Part shown: positions 1 through 9,273 of the stretch, piece after piece
Numbering within the stretch: position 1 is the stretch's first letter
Layout of the letters: each line of letters begins with the position of its first letter
Source of the DNA: Syntrophorhabdaceae bacterium
GTDB lineage: Bacteria > Desulfobacterota > Syntrophorhabdia > Syntrophorhabdales > Syntrophorhabdaceae
Assembly (NCBI GenBank): GCA_963665295.1
Contig: OY762209.1
Location: 1,088,001 to 1,152,000 of the forward strand
DNA length: 64,000 bases
Direction: 5' to 3'
Notes under the pieces: model-generated
The model's database searches: none
What the model was told of the DNA's origin: nothing
What the model saw: only the letters and a program-made list of their open reading frames with translations
Program-made: the position numbers and the translations under genes

Positions 1-1937
1 CTTCGCGTATCCCGCATACGTGTCTGTATCTGATCGTCAAGTTCCGCCTGCAATTTTTCAAAGGCGGAGCGAATCTCCTCTTCAGTGCGACACTGCTGAT
101 AGATATCGAGGACACGGTGTTCAAAATCGACGCCGGACTCGATGGAACCGAGTACATCGTCGGAGACGCCGAAGACGCCGGTAAAGAGATTAAATTTCTG
201 GTCCAGTAATTCGTAAACCCGGCGGTCAGCTTCATTACGTTCGTTGAGAAAATTGATGACCACCACGTCATGCTTCTGACCATACCTGTGACACCGTCCA
301 ATGCGTTGCTCAATTCTCTGAGGGTTCCAGGGTAGGTCGAAGTTGATGACGGCGGAGCAGAACTGGAGGTTGAGTCCCTCTGCTCCGGCCTCTGTGGCGA
401 TGAGAATTTGCGCGTCTGATCGAAATCGATCAATGATGGCGGCGCGCAGATCAATCTGCCTTGAATTACTGGCGCGGCCGGTGTTTCGATTGGCAGCAAA
501 CCATTCCTGATATATCTGCCCCGAGGCATCATCTTTGTTGGTGCCATTGAAAGTGAGCACCCGACCGGCATATCCGTTACCCTCCAGAAAGTCTTTCAGC
601 CACGACTGAGTGCGCCTGGATTCAGTAAAGATAACAACTTTCTGCGCCGCACCCATCTCCTCCATTCTCGCAAACCCGATCTCAAGGGCCGTCAGAAGGG
701 CCTTTGTTTTCGTATCTATGCCGATACTTCCGGCCCATTGGATGTAATGTTCAAGTTCGCGGATCTCCTCAATAAGCTTATCCACGTCGATCTTCTGCTT
801 CGCGCCTTCAGAGGTCACCCCGGCAGGGACATTGCCCACATCAACAATCTCATCTTCTTCATCCTCAAGAAGCTCATCGAGAAGGTCATCGTCCATCTCT
901 TCGCCGGAAAGGAGGGTATCCTCGGCGTTCAGGTTGGCCTTTGTTTCTTCATGGAGTTTAAGGAGGCGGTCCCGCATGATCTCAAGTGTACCGGCGACTG
1001 CGTGAGGAGATGAAGCAAGAACCTTTCGGACAAGGAGAATAAGGAGGTGCTTCTGCCCCGAGGGTAGGGCATAGGTTTCATCCCGTTTCAAATAAGCCGA
1101 GACTGCCTCATAAAGATTGTGCTCCTGCTCCGTTGGCCTAAAAGGTCGGGTAATGAGCTTGCGTTCCGTGAAGGGTATAAATTCGACAACCTGGCTACGC
1201 AAAGTACGTCGGCAAAAGGTCGCGAGTCGATCCCGTAATCCCGGAAGATCACCGCCATAGTTGAGATATTGACTTCGGAAAGCTGCAAGGTCACCGAAAA
1301 GGCGTTCATCGATAAGGGTTGAAAGCCCGTAGAGTTCAAGAAGAGAGTTTTGGAGGGGTGTGGCGGTGAGAAGAAGTTTCTTCCTGTCTTCCGTGGTAAA
1401 TCGTATTTTTTGACCGATCTGGTTGCTTTGGCGATAGGAATTACGGAGCTTGTGGGCCTCATCAATCACGACAAGGTCCCACGGGATCACTTTGATCTCT
1501 TCAGCCTTGCTTGCGGCGTAATGCATTGAGCAGACAATGACCCCCTCGCTGTCAAAGGGGTCGCCATTTCCGTTCTTCTGTCGGTCCCGGAACGTTTTTG
1601 CATCAAGAACAAAGGACGGTAAGTTGAACTTATCCGAAAGCTCCAGCGCCCACTGTTTGCGAAGGGATGCCGGGCAGATCACAAGGAGACGGCGACGCCT
1701 TTCGGCCCAGTACTGACAGAGCACAAGACCTGCTTCAATAGTCTTTCCAAGTCCAACTTCGTCCGCAAGAAGAACGCCTTTGGAAATGGGTGATCGGAGA
1801 GCGAAAAGGGCAGCCTCGATCTGATGAGGATTCAGGTCCACACAGGCATCGAATAAAGCACGGCCAAGGCGGTCAAGACCGCTGCCGCCGATGCGGCTCA
1901 GTTCATAGGCGTAATACTTGGCGTGGTAATTCGTCAT
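1..1937 (-). CDS. SNF2-family helicase, 3' end beyond window edge
   Basis: Manual translation from ATG 1937: MTNYHAKYYAYELSR..LNPHQIEAA..LLADEVGLGKT (Walker A)..VIDEAHKL..LLTATP..EGLNLQ..EQRIGRCHR; frame still open at the window edge, hence absent from the ORF track. Confidence 0.92.
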   Translation of the reverse strand, partial: MTNYHAKYYAYELSRIGGSGLDRLGRALFDACVDLNPHQIEAALFALRSPISKGVLLADEVGLGKTIEAGLVLCQYWAERRRRLLVICPASLRKQWALELSDKFNLPSFVLDAKTFRDRQKNGNGDPFDSEGVIVCSMHYAASKAEEIKVIPWDLVVIDEAHKLRNSYRQSNQIGQKIRFTTEDRKKLLLTATPLQNSLLELYGLSTLIDERLFGDLAAFRSQYLNYGGDLPGLRDRLATFCRRTLRSQVVEFIPFTERKLITRPFRPTEQEHNLYEAVSAYLKRDETYALPSGQKHLLILLVRKVLASSPHAVAGTLEIMRDRLLKLHEETKANLNAEDTLLSGEEMDDDLLDELLEDEEDEIVDVGNVPAGVTSEGAKQKIDVDKLIEEIRELEHYIQWAGSIGIDTKTKALLTALEIGFARMEEMGAAQKVVIFTESRRTQSWLKDFLEGNGYAGRVLTFNGTNKDDASGQIYQEWFAANRNTGRASNSRQIDLRAAIIDRFRSDAQILIATEAGAEGLNLQFCSAVINFDLPWNPQRIEQRIGRCHRYGQKHDVVVINFLNERNEADRRVYELLDQKFNLFTGVFGVSDDVLGSIESGVDFEHRVLDIYQQCRTEEEIRSAFEKLQAELDDQIQTRMRDTR

Positions 1938-2082
1938 TTGTTTACACCAACCTCACCAGCTTCGATCATTGTGCTATGTAATTGTTGAACACTTTCGAGA
2001 TAATCGGAATCATATCTCCGCACATCTCTCATGAGATGCGCGTTCTCAGTGTATCAAGTGTCTCGACCATTGTCAAAGATCG

Positions 2083-2280
2083 ATGGGGCAGCAGATAACC
2101 GATCTGCTGCCCCAGCAGGTTCCCCTTGCTGAACATATCCTCTGCCTACCGGGAATAGGAGCCGTGACCTGTGGGGTGTTTTTGGGAGAGTTGGGGAACC
2201 CTGACTACTTCAAGGACCCCAAAGGGACGGTCAAGTACCAGGGTATGATCCTAAAGAGAACGAATGGTCCAGAAGCGTAG
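2083..2280 (+). pseudogene. IS110-family transposase fragment
   Basis: LPGIGAVTCGVFLGELGNPDYFKDPK resembles the IS110 C-terminal IPGIG..AEIGD..RF motif; no N-terminal DEDD domain; premature stop. Confidence 0.65.
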
Positions 2281-2332
2281 AATTAAGGGGGATGCACATC
2301 CGGGAATGGCGCCGCCATTCCTTTTTCTACTT

Positions 2333-2500
2333 TCAGCTTGAACCTGTTGCGGTAGGAAATAACCACGACGGAAGGGGCTTCGTCTCTTTCGGGGCCGTGT
2401 TCCTGCTTTCGCAACTGGGACACTTCGGCTCCTTCGACTCATCTTCGTATACGCGGAAGGCGCGACTGCAGTCCTTGCACTCATATATTTTACCCGGCAT
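2333..2500 (-). CDS. FmdB-family zinc-ribbon protein (55 aa, below ORF-track cut-off)
   Basis: MPGKIYECKDCSRAFRVYEDESKEPKCPSCESRNTAPKETKPLPSWLFPTATGSS*; YECxxC..CPxC; GGAGG upstream. Confidence 0.8.
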   Translation of the reverse strand: MPGKIYECKDCSRAFRVYEDESKEPKCPSCESRNTAPKETKPLPSWLFPTATGSS

Positions 2501-2579
2501 CTTCCTTTACCTCCCCGACCATAACTCCTATTATACTTCCTATTATACTACATTTACCGCCCCCTGCCACCGGGTCGCG

Positions 2580-3248
2580 TCACGGCGCAAACCGGAGGAT
2601 GCCGAAGTCTTGCGGGGCATGGAAGTTCCGCTCCCTCAAAGGGGACCACGAAGCCCAGTGGGGATGACTTGTTTTGTCGCCGCACTTATAGAGGTTGCCC
2701 CGCCATTCCCGGTCCTCAATATTTTCCCCATGGACGTGGAACAGGGCGAAAGGAATGGCGAACTCCAGCGACCATGTGACTTCATCTGCAATCTCATGCT
2801 CGATGACGGGTGGAAGGCTGCCATAGACCGCCACCTGCCGGCCTTCCACCGGGGAAAGGGGCGTTGCCCCCGCCACCCGTCCGTTGACCCTGGTCGGGTC
2901 CGTCACGCAGGAAGCGAGCAGGGTCCCGCCGCAGTTGAACTCGAAATTGAAGTAGCCTGTGCCGGGGCCCGGCTGCACAAAGACCTCGACACAGCTATCC
3001 TCGTAGACCGGCGCCTGAAAAGCGGAATGCACACTCCGCACATACCGGTCCCGAACCTGGAACAGGCCGTAGAGGCGATTGTCGTCGTACAGCAGCTTGC
3101 AGCGGACAAGGGGCCGGTGTGACGAGCTTTCGGGTCTGAAGCGATCGATGGAAAGAAACGGGATGCCGCTCCAGGCCGGTCCGTCCCAGAGCCCCCGTAG
3201 CTCCGGAGGTTGGGCAGTCCTTGGAATGGTGTGACAATAGTCGCTCAT
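2580..3248 (-). CDS. CBM9-like (DOMON-type) carbohydrate-binding family protein
   Basis: VYEDSCVEVF, YFNFEFNCGG, WRGNLYKCGD..HWASW..NFH motifs. Confidence 0.8.
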   Translation of the reverse strand: MSDYCHTIPRTAQPPELRGLWDGPAWSGIPFLSIDRFRPESSSHRPLVRCKLLYDDNRLYGLFQVRDRYVRSVHSAFQAPVYEDSCVEVFVQPGPGTGYFNFEFNCGGTLLASCVTDPTRVNGRVAGATPLSPVEGRQVAVYGSLPPVIEHEIADEVTWSLEFAIPFALFHVHGENIEDREWRGNLYKCGDKTSHPHWASWSPLRERNFHAPQDFGILRFAP

Positions 3249-3444
3249 GGCACGGGAAGATTATGACCCGGGGAGAGGGAAAATGCAACAATCCCTTCAA
3301 GGAGCCCCGTTCCGGGCAAGGAGCCGCGAAGATTTGAGCGCATAATCCTCCTTAGCGCATAATCCTCCTTTATGATTTTCTCCTCCCGTGATAGACTTTC
3401 CCCGGCGGCTTGAACGACCCGCTGAGCGGGTTCCTGGAGGATTT

Positions 3445-4047
3445 ATGCGTGAACTTAAAGACCTTGGCGGTTTGTTGCTCGGCTTCATGCCCTGGCTTCT
3501 TTTTCTCTTTCTTTCCGGCCACACGCTGACAAGCCTGGAACGGGCGATAGTTGTCGGTCTCGTTGCGTCCCTTGTGTTCGGCTTCGGTGATTTGAAGCGC
3601 GGATTCGTCCTTCAGTGGGGCAGCCTGATCTTCTTTGTTCTATGCGTAGTGTCTGTCAACCTCCTTAACAGCGTATGGGTCGCCACTCAGATGGACCTTT
3701 TGTCTAACGCCGCCCTCGCATGCATCATGTGGGTGACCATAGCGGTGGGAAAGCCCTTTGCCTTGCAGTACGCCCAAAAGGATTTGCCGGCCGAACTCAG
3801 GAACGACCCGAACGTGGCCCGGGGCTCCCGAGCCATCACCCTCGTGTGGGCGTGGCTCATGACGCTTTCGGTCCTCATCTCGGTCATACACAGGACCTCG
3901 GTGGTCCATTTTCCGGACTGGGTATATTTCGACGCGAGCCTATGCATCATCGCGGCGGGGTTGACCTATACCACGTTATTCAAGAGAAAGAAGAGGCTCC
4001 AAAGGGAAAGGGCACAAAGAGAAATGCAATCCGATCAGGTGAGGTGA
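3445..4047 (+). CDS. Integral membrane protein of unknown function
   Basis: ~6 hydrophobic segments, GKPFALQYA motif; GGAGG before ATG 3445. Confidence 0.75.
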   Translation: MRELKDLGGLLLGFMPWLLFLFLSGHTLTSLERAIVVGLVASLVFGFGDLKRGFVLQWGSLIFFVLCVVSVNLLNSVWVATQMDLLSNAALACIMWVTIAVGKPFALQYAQKDLPAELRNDPNVARGSRAITLVWAWLMTLSVLISVIHRTSVVHFPDWVYFDASLCIIAAGLTYTTLFKRKKRLQRERAQREMQSDQVR

Positions 4048-4050
4048 ATC

Positions 4051-5118
4051 ATGAATGTACTGGCCCTCAATTCGAGTCCCCGCAGCGCCGGCGAGAGCAA
4101 GACGGAGATGATGCTGGACAGTCTCATCTCAGGCATGCGCGATGCAGGGGCGAGTGTCGAGATGGTGACCCTGCGCAAGAAAGCCGTCAGGAACTGCCTC
4201 GGCTGCCTCACGTGTTGGACGAAGACCCCGGGAATATGCGTTATCAAAGACGACATGACCCACGAACTGTTCGCAAAGTGGCGGGAAGCAGACCTTGCGG
4301 TATATGCCACGCCCCTTTACCACTACGGCATGAACGCGACTCTGAAGGCCTTTATCGAGCGGACCCTTCCTTCGTCGCAGCCTTTCTTCGAGATCCGGGG
4401 CCCCCGCACCGCACACGTTCCACGCTATAAGATCCCGGCAACGGTGATTCTCTCGGTATGCGGCATGCCGGACGAAAACCACTTCAGCGCCCTCTCGGCC
4501 CACATGAGGTACCTCGAAGCCTCTGCCGGCCACCGGCTTGCCGCAGAGATCTACAGGCCCGCCGCCGAGATGATGAAGGGCTCCTTTCTCAAAGAAAAGG
4601 TAAAGGACATTCTGGACGCCACCGCGGAAGCAGGGAGGGAACTGGTGAGGACCATGGCGGTCTCGCCCGGAACCATGGCGAGGATTACCCAGCCTCTCAT
4701 CGATCAGCGGTCCTTCGCGCAGATTTGCAACGTTATGTGGAGGACCTGCATCTCGGAAGGAATGACCGTAAGAGAATTCGAGGAGAAGAAGATGGTGCCG
4801 CGCCCGGACTCCCTGGAGGACTTCATGCTCCTCTTCCCCCTTGGCCTTAATGCCGGGGCTGTCGGCGAAAAGAAGGTCATAATACTGTTCGCCTTCTCCG
4901 GTGAAGTGCAGGGTTCCTGCTATTTCACTATCGAAAAGGGCGCCGTGGCCGCCCATAGCGGAACCCCGGAGACTTCCGACCTCTTCATCGAGACGCCCTT
5001 CGGAGTCTGGATGGATATCATGACAGGCAAAACCGACGCCCGCCTCATGTGCGGGGAGCAGAAATACCGGGTATCCGGGGATTCGTCTCTCATGACGCAG
5101 TTGTTTCAGACAACATGA
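4051..5118 (+). CDS. NAD(P)H-dependent FMN reductase/iron-sulfur flavoprotein fused to C-terminal SCP2-like domain
   Basis: ALNSSPR, CxxCxxCW..C..DDM, ATPLY; C-terminal region resembles SCP2 (YRVSGD). Confidence 0.82.
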   Translation: MNVLALNSSPRSAGESKTEMMLDSLISGMRDAGASVEMVTLRKKAVRNCLGCLTCWTKTPGICVIKDDMTHELFAKWREADLAVYATPLYHYGMNATLKAFIERTLPSSQPFFEIRGPRTAHVPRYKIPATVILSVCGMPDENHFSALSAHMRYLEASAGHRLAAEIYRPAAEMMKGSFLKEKVKDILDATAEAGRELVRTMAVSPGTMARITQPLIDQRSFAQICNVMWRTCISEGMTVREFEEKKMVPRPDSLEDFMLLFPLGLNAGAVGEKKVIILFAFSGEVQGSCYFTIEKGAVAAHSGTPETSDLFIETPFGVWMDIMTGKTDARLMCGEQKYRVSGDSSLMTQLFQTT

Positions 5119-5378
5119 GCCGGAGCGGAAAATGGCCCCGCCGACACGGTAGTGGGAGTGGGAACCCGGGTGCGGATGAAGGCCGTGGTCTTTCCTGTGT
5201 GAAGGGCCGGGATTTTGAGGGTGCGGGGGTTTTGTGCTACAATGACATTGTCGGCGGACCCGTCCCTCATGGAGTTCCGGGTTTTGTCCGGTAATGGGAT
5301 TGAAAAGGCAGCGTAAGGCTAATTAACGGTCAACCGACATATCAGATTCAAATCCGGGATCTCAAGGTCTATCCTCCT

Positions 5379-6317
5379 TTGCTTCAGGCTCCCATGGCGG
5401 GGCTTACCCACGGGGCCCTGCGACAGATATTCTCCGGGTTCGGCGGGGTCGGATTGCTCTCGACGGAGATGCTCAGGGCGAAAAGCCTGCCCTCCGAGAA
5501 CCCGCTGCTTTCCCCTTATCTGATCAGAACTGTCGGGGAGAAGCCGCTTTCTTACCAGCTTCTCGTTTCCGCGGACAGGGAGATCGGTCCGGCCATGGAG
5601 GCCCTTCATAAATGCGGGGCCGATGCCGTCGATCTCAACATGGGCTGCCCGGACAGGCGTATCGGGAGATCGGGCGGGGGCTTCATGCTCATGGAGGAGC
5701 CGGAGAATGCCCGCCGGATCGTGGCTGAGGCGAGGAAGCGCACGGACCTGCCCCTTACCGCAAAAATAAGGCTTGGCGTGGAACTCGATGAAGAGGCCTT
5801 GAGGGAATTTTGCGCCATGCTCGAAAGCGAGGGCATCGACATGCTGACGGTTCATGCCCGGCTCAAGAGGGAATCCTTCGCGAGAACACCGCGATGGGAG
5901 TGGATTGCGCGGGTAAAGGAGTGGCTCACGATTCCCGTGATCGCCAATGGCGGGATATTTACCGTGAAGGACGCAAAGGATTGTCTCGCCGTCTCGGGCG
6001 CCGACGGGCTCATGCTCGGCCGGGGAGCGGCGATCAGGCCCTGGCTTTTTGCGGAAATTGCCCGGGAGGTTTATCACTGCGACATTGACGGACCTGCGGT
6101 GTTGCCGCCCGTAATTTACGGTGCCTTCATAGATCACCTCAACGAGCTTTTCCGGCCCGAACGGCGCTTGGGCAGGCTCAAGGAATTCACCCATTACTTC
6201 GCGAGAAACTACAAGTTCGGACTCCTCCTGAGTTCCCGGGTCCAATCCAGCAGCAGCGTGGAAGAGGCGAGGGAGAGGGCGGAAATCTTCTTCGAAAGCA
6301 ACAGCTTTACATCATGA
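5379..6317 (+). CDS. tRNA-dihydrouridine synthase family protein (start probably further upstream)
   Basis: APMAG, DLNMGCP, TAKIRLG, VHAR, IANGGI, MLGRG. Confidence 0.9.
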   Translation: MLQAPMAGLTHGALRQIFSGFGGVGLLSTEMLRAKSLPSENPLLSPYLIRTVGEKPLSYQLLVSADREIGPAMEALHKCGADAVDLNMGCPDRRIGRSGGGFMLMEEPENARRIVAEARKRTDLPLTAKIRLGVELDEEALREFCAMLESEGIDMLTVHARLKRESFARTPRWEWIARVKEWLTIPVIANGGIFTVKDAKDCLAVSGADGLMLGRGAAIRPWLFAEIAREVYHCDIDGPAVLPPVIYGAFIDHLNELFRPERRLGRLKEFTHYFARNYKFGLLLSSRVQSSSSVEEARERAEIFFESNSFTS

Positions 6318-6435
6318 ACTACACGGCATCCGCACAATAGAGACGGCGGAACCGTCCATAGCCGAATAACCATTTTGCCCCATGTATCTCGATGTGTGGC
6401 GGATTCGGGGGCATATCTGTGGTATACTGCGATTC

Positions 6436-8232
6436 ATGGTCGTCAAGATTCCCGAACCCTTCGCCCCCAGGCGTATAAAGCGCATCTGGAGAGGCACCCT
6501 GCTCGGTATTGTAGTGGGGATCGTGTCGGGATTTGGCGGCATCGTGTTCAATTACATGATCGAAACGGGCACCCGGCTAACCGGGAATCTGATCCTCTTC
6601 CTCGCGCCCGGCCGCGTACCCGGTTTCGTGTTCCTCGGGTTTCCCCTGGAGCGCTGGATGATGTTGTGGATCCCTGCCGCCGGGGGGCTCCTTTCCGGGT
6701 TCCTTGTCTTCACGTTTGCCCCTGAGGCGGAGGGACACGGCACGGACGCCATGATCGACAGCTTCCACAGGAAGAAGGGCATTGTGCGGAAAGTCGTGCC
6801 CGTGATCAAGACCATCGCGTCGGCAATCACCATCGGCTCGGGCGGGTCGGCGGGAAAAGAAGGCCCCATAGCCCAGATAGGCTCCGGGTTCGCCTCCATA
6901 CTCGCGTCCGCTCTCAAGTTGAGCGACGCCGAGCGGCGCATCCTGCTCCTTGCGGGGGCGGCGGGGGGAATAGGGGCCATATTCAAGGCGCCCCTGGGCG
7001 CTGCCCTCTTTGCCGCCGAGGTCCTTTACAGCAAGGCGGACTTCGAATTCGAGGCGATCATTCCCTGCATCCTTTCCTCCATCGTGGGTTTCATGGTCTT
7101 TACACTCCATGACGGGACGGAGACCATCTTCCGCATCCCCGCCTTCACCCCTGCAACCCCGGCCCAACTGCCCTTTTATGCGATCCTCGGCCTTCTTGCG
7201 GCCATTATGGGCTACCTCTACATAAAGGTCTTCTATGGTATGAGAGACCGGGTTTTCAGGCCCCTCAACATCCCGAAGATGGTGAAACCTGCCCTCGGAG
7301 GCCTGATGCTCGGCATCCTCGCTTTCTTTCTGCCCGAAGTGCTGGGCGGCGGCTATAAATGGATCCAGTCGGCTATCGACGGGCAGCTTGCCGTGGGCCT
7401 CATGGCAGCCCTCGTTCTGGGAAAGATCGTCTCCACTTCCTTCACCATCAGCTCGGGCGGCAGCGGCGGCGTATTCGCCCCATCCCTTTTTATCGGGTCC
7501 ATGCTGGGCGGTTCCTATGGAACGTTATGCGGGAGAGTATTCCCCCACATTGTGACGGAACCGGCCGCCTTTGTCCTCGTGGGGATGGGGGGATTTTTTG
7601 CCGGGGTGGCGAAGACGCCTATTGCGGCCCTCATCATGGTGGCTGAAATGACGGGAGGGTACAGCCTGATCCTTCCCATGATGGTTGTCTCCGCCCTTTC
7701 GTACCTTCTCCTCGGCAGGACCTCCCTTTATGAAAAGCAGGTGCCCACACGGGTCGATTCTCCTGCCCATATCGGGGACTATTCCGTGGACATTATGGAC
7801 CGCCTCTTCGTCAAGGATGCCCTCGTGAAGGGAAGAAAGGTCGAAACCATACCGGAAGGCATGAGCTTCGAGAATATGCTGCAATTCATGGTCGACTCGA
7901 TTCAGCAGGACTTTCCCGTGGTGGACGGCTCGGGAAGGCTGACGGGCATCCTCTCCATGACGGACCTCCGCGAGGCGATGGCGGACCCCGCCCTCCACAG
8001 GCTCCTGGTGGCCAAGGACATTGCCGTGGGCGGCGTCGAGGCGGTTACTCCGGAGGATTCACTCAACACCGCGCTGAAGCTTATGGCGGATGCGGATGTC
8101 CGGGAGTTGCCGGTAGTGAGCCCGGATGACCGGGGGAGGATCGTCTCCGTCATCAGCAGGAAGGATATCACCCGGACATACCACGAAGAGATGGAACGGG
8201 TAAAAGGGACCGGGCCCGCATTACGCTCTTAA
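6436..8232 (+). CDS. ClC chloride channel/antiporter with C-terminal CBS pair
   Basis: GSAGKEGP, FKAPLG, GGVFAP motifs, many TM helices, CBS domains; start 6382 also possible. Confidence 0.92.
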   Translation: MVVKIPEPFAPRRIKRIWRGTLLGIVVGIVSGFGGIVFNYMIETGTRLTGNLILFLAPGRVPGFVFLGFPLERWMMLWIPAAGGLLSGFLVFTFAPEAEGHGTDAMIDSFHRKKGIVRKVVPVIKTIASAITIGSGGSAGKEGPIAQIGSGFASILASALKLSDAERRILLLAGAAGGIGAIFKAPLGAALFAAEVLYSKADFEFEAIIPCILSSIVGFMVFTLHDGTETIFRIPAFTPATPAQLPFYAILGLLAAIMGYLYIKVFYGMRDRVFRPLNIPKMVKPALGGLMLGILAFFLPEVLGGGYKWIQSAIDGQLAVGLMAALVLGKIVSTSFTISSGGSGGVFAPSLFIGSMLGGSYGTLCGRVFPHIVTEPAAFVLVGMGGFFAGVAKTPIAALIMVAEMTGGYSLILPMMVVSALSYLLLGRTSLYEKQVPTRVDSPAHIGDYSVDIMDRLFVKDALVKGRKVETIPEGMSFENMLQFMVDSIQQDFPVVDGSGRLTGILSMTDLREAMADPALHRLLVAKDIAVGGVEAVTPEDSLNTALKLMADADVRELPVVSPDDRGRIVSVISRKDITRTYHEEMERVKGTGPALRS

Positions 8233-8324
8233 CCACCGCGAAAGGCCGGCCCCGGGACAGAAAAGGCCGGTTGTTATTGGTTGGCAGGGCGTACCGGCCT
8301 TAACCGGTAGCCTCCTCGCGGCTC

Positions 8325-8966
8325 CTATCCGGCGAAGCGGGCGCCCATGGCAAAGGCTTTTTCGCAATCCAGGGGGAAGACTTCGGCCCGCCTTTTTGCC
8401 TTCTTCGCGGGGTCGAAGCGCGGGGCGTATACCTTCGAGTAGTCCTCGAACTGATAGGTGTCGTAGCTCATGAGCGATTCCGACTGGCCGAACACGGTCT
8501 TCAGCACCATCTCGTTGAGTTCGAAGTGGTGATGGAAACCCCGCTCCTTTGCCATTTCCTCCGTGGCGCCCAGGGTGTAAATGAAGCCCGTGGGGATCTT
8601 CTTCGGGAAGATGGAGGCGGGCGGGTCGGTATAGGTATTGAAAGGGAAGAACAGGCGCTCCATGAAGGACCTCATTTCCCCCGTGACGGTCCCGTAATAG
8701 ACGGGAGAGCCCAGGATCATGGCGTCTGCCTGTGCGATCTTTTCCAGAAGCGGGGTAAGCCCGTCTTTGATCGCACACCTGCCATAGCTCGGACCGTCTA
8801 TGGTCTTGCACGCAAAGCAGCTTATGCATCCCTTGAAATTGAGATCGTAGAGGTGCGCGATCTCCGTCTCCGCTCCCCGTGACCCGGCCCCTTCCAGGGC
8901 TTTCCCGAGGAGTGTCGCCGTGTTCCATTTTTTTCTCGGACTTCCGTTGATGGCAATTACCTTCAT
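8325..8966 (-). CDS. Flavodoxin-family iron-sulfur flavoprotein
   Basis: AINGSPRK, CISCFAC..C, GSPVYYG. Confidence 0.88.
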   Translation of the reverse strand: MKVIAINGSPRKKWNTATLLGKALEGAGSRGAETEIAHLYDLNFKGCISCFACKTIDGPSYGRCAIKDGLTPLLEKIAQADAMILGSPVYYGTVTGEMRSFMERLFFPFNTYTDPPASIFPKKIPTGFIYTLGATEEMAKERGFHHHFELNEMVLKTVFGQSESLMSYDTYQFEDYSKVYAPRFDPAKKAKRRAEVFPLDCEKAFAMGARFAG

Positions 8967-9273
8967 GTTGTGTCCTCCCTCGTCTTTTCTTTAGTGCAGC
9001 ACGGATTGAGGCAAGGGGCAACTGCAGGGGGGTGAACCGCTCTTGTCCTCGCATCGCGCCGGGGAACCGTGCCTTGCCCGTTAAGGTGCCGCGTCAGGAA
9101 TTCAACAGAAACCCCCACTGCATGTCGGGGTCTTTGGACGCACCCCCTGGTGGTTTTTGCGCTTTTCGGCAAAAGATTACCATGTCGTTGAAATAACATA
9201 ATCATTCCCTGCCGCCGGTGAGATGCGGAAAGACCCGGTGACCGCTCAAGGGGCCGCCGGGTCTTTCCGCCGG

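Noticed and set aside
738..1981. Short track ORFs, or SNF2 as a pseudogene
   Set aside because: Shadows of an uninterrupted minus-strand SNF2 ORF leaving the window
6318..6435. Fluoride riboswitch before the ClC gene
   Set aside because: crcB consensus not found; protein is a CBS-bearing GKEGP type
9225..9270. Strong hairpin as ncRNA
   Set aside because: Directly 3' of the IorA-IorB gene; most simply a terminator or stabilising stem
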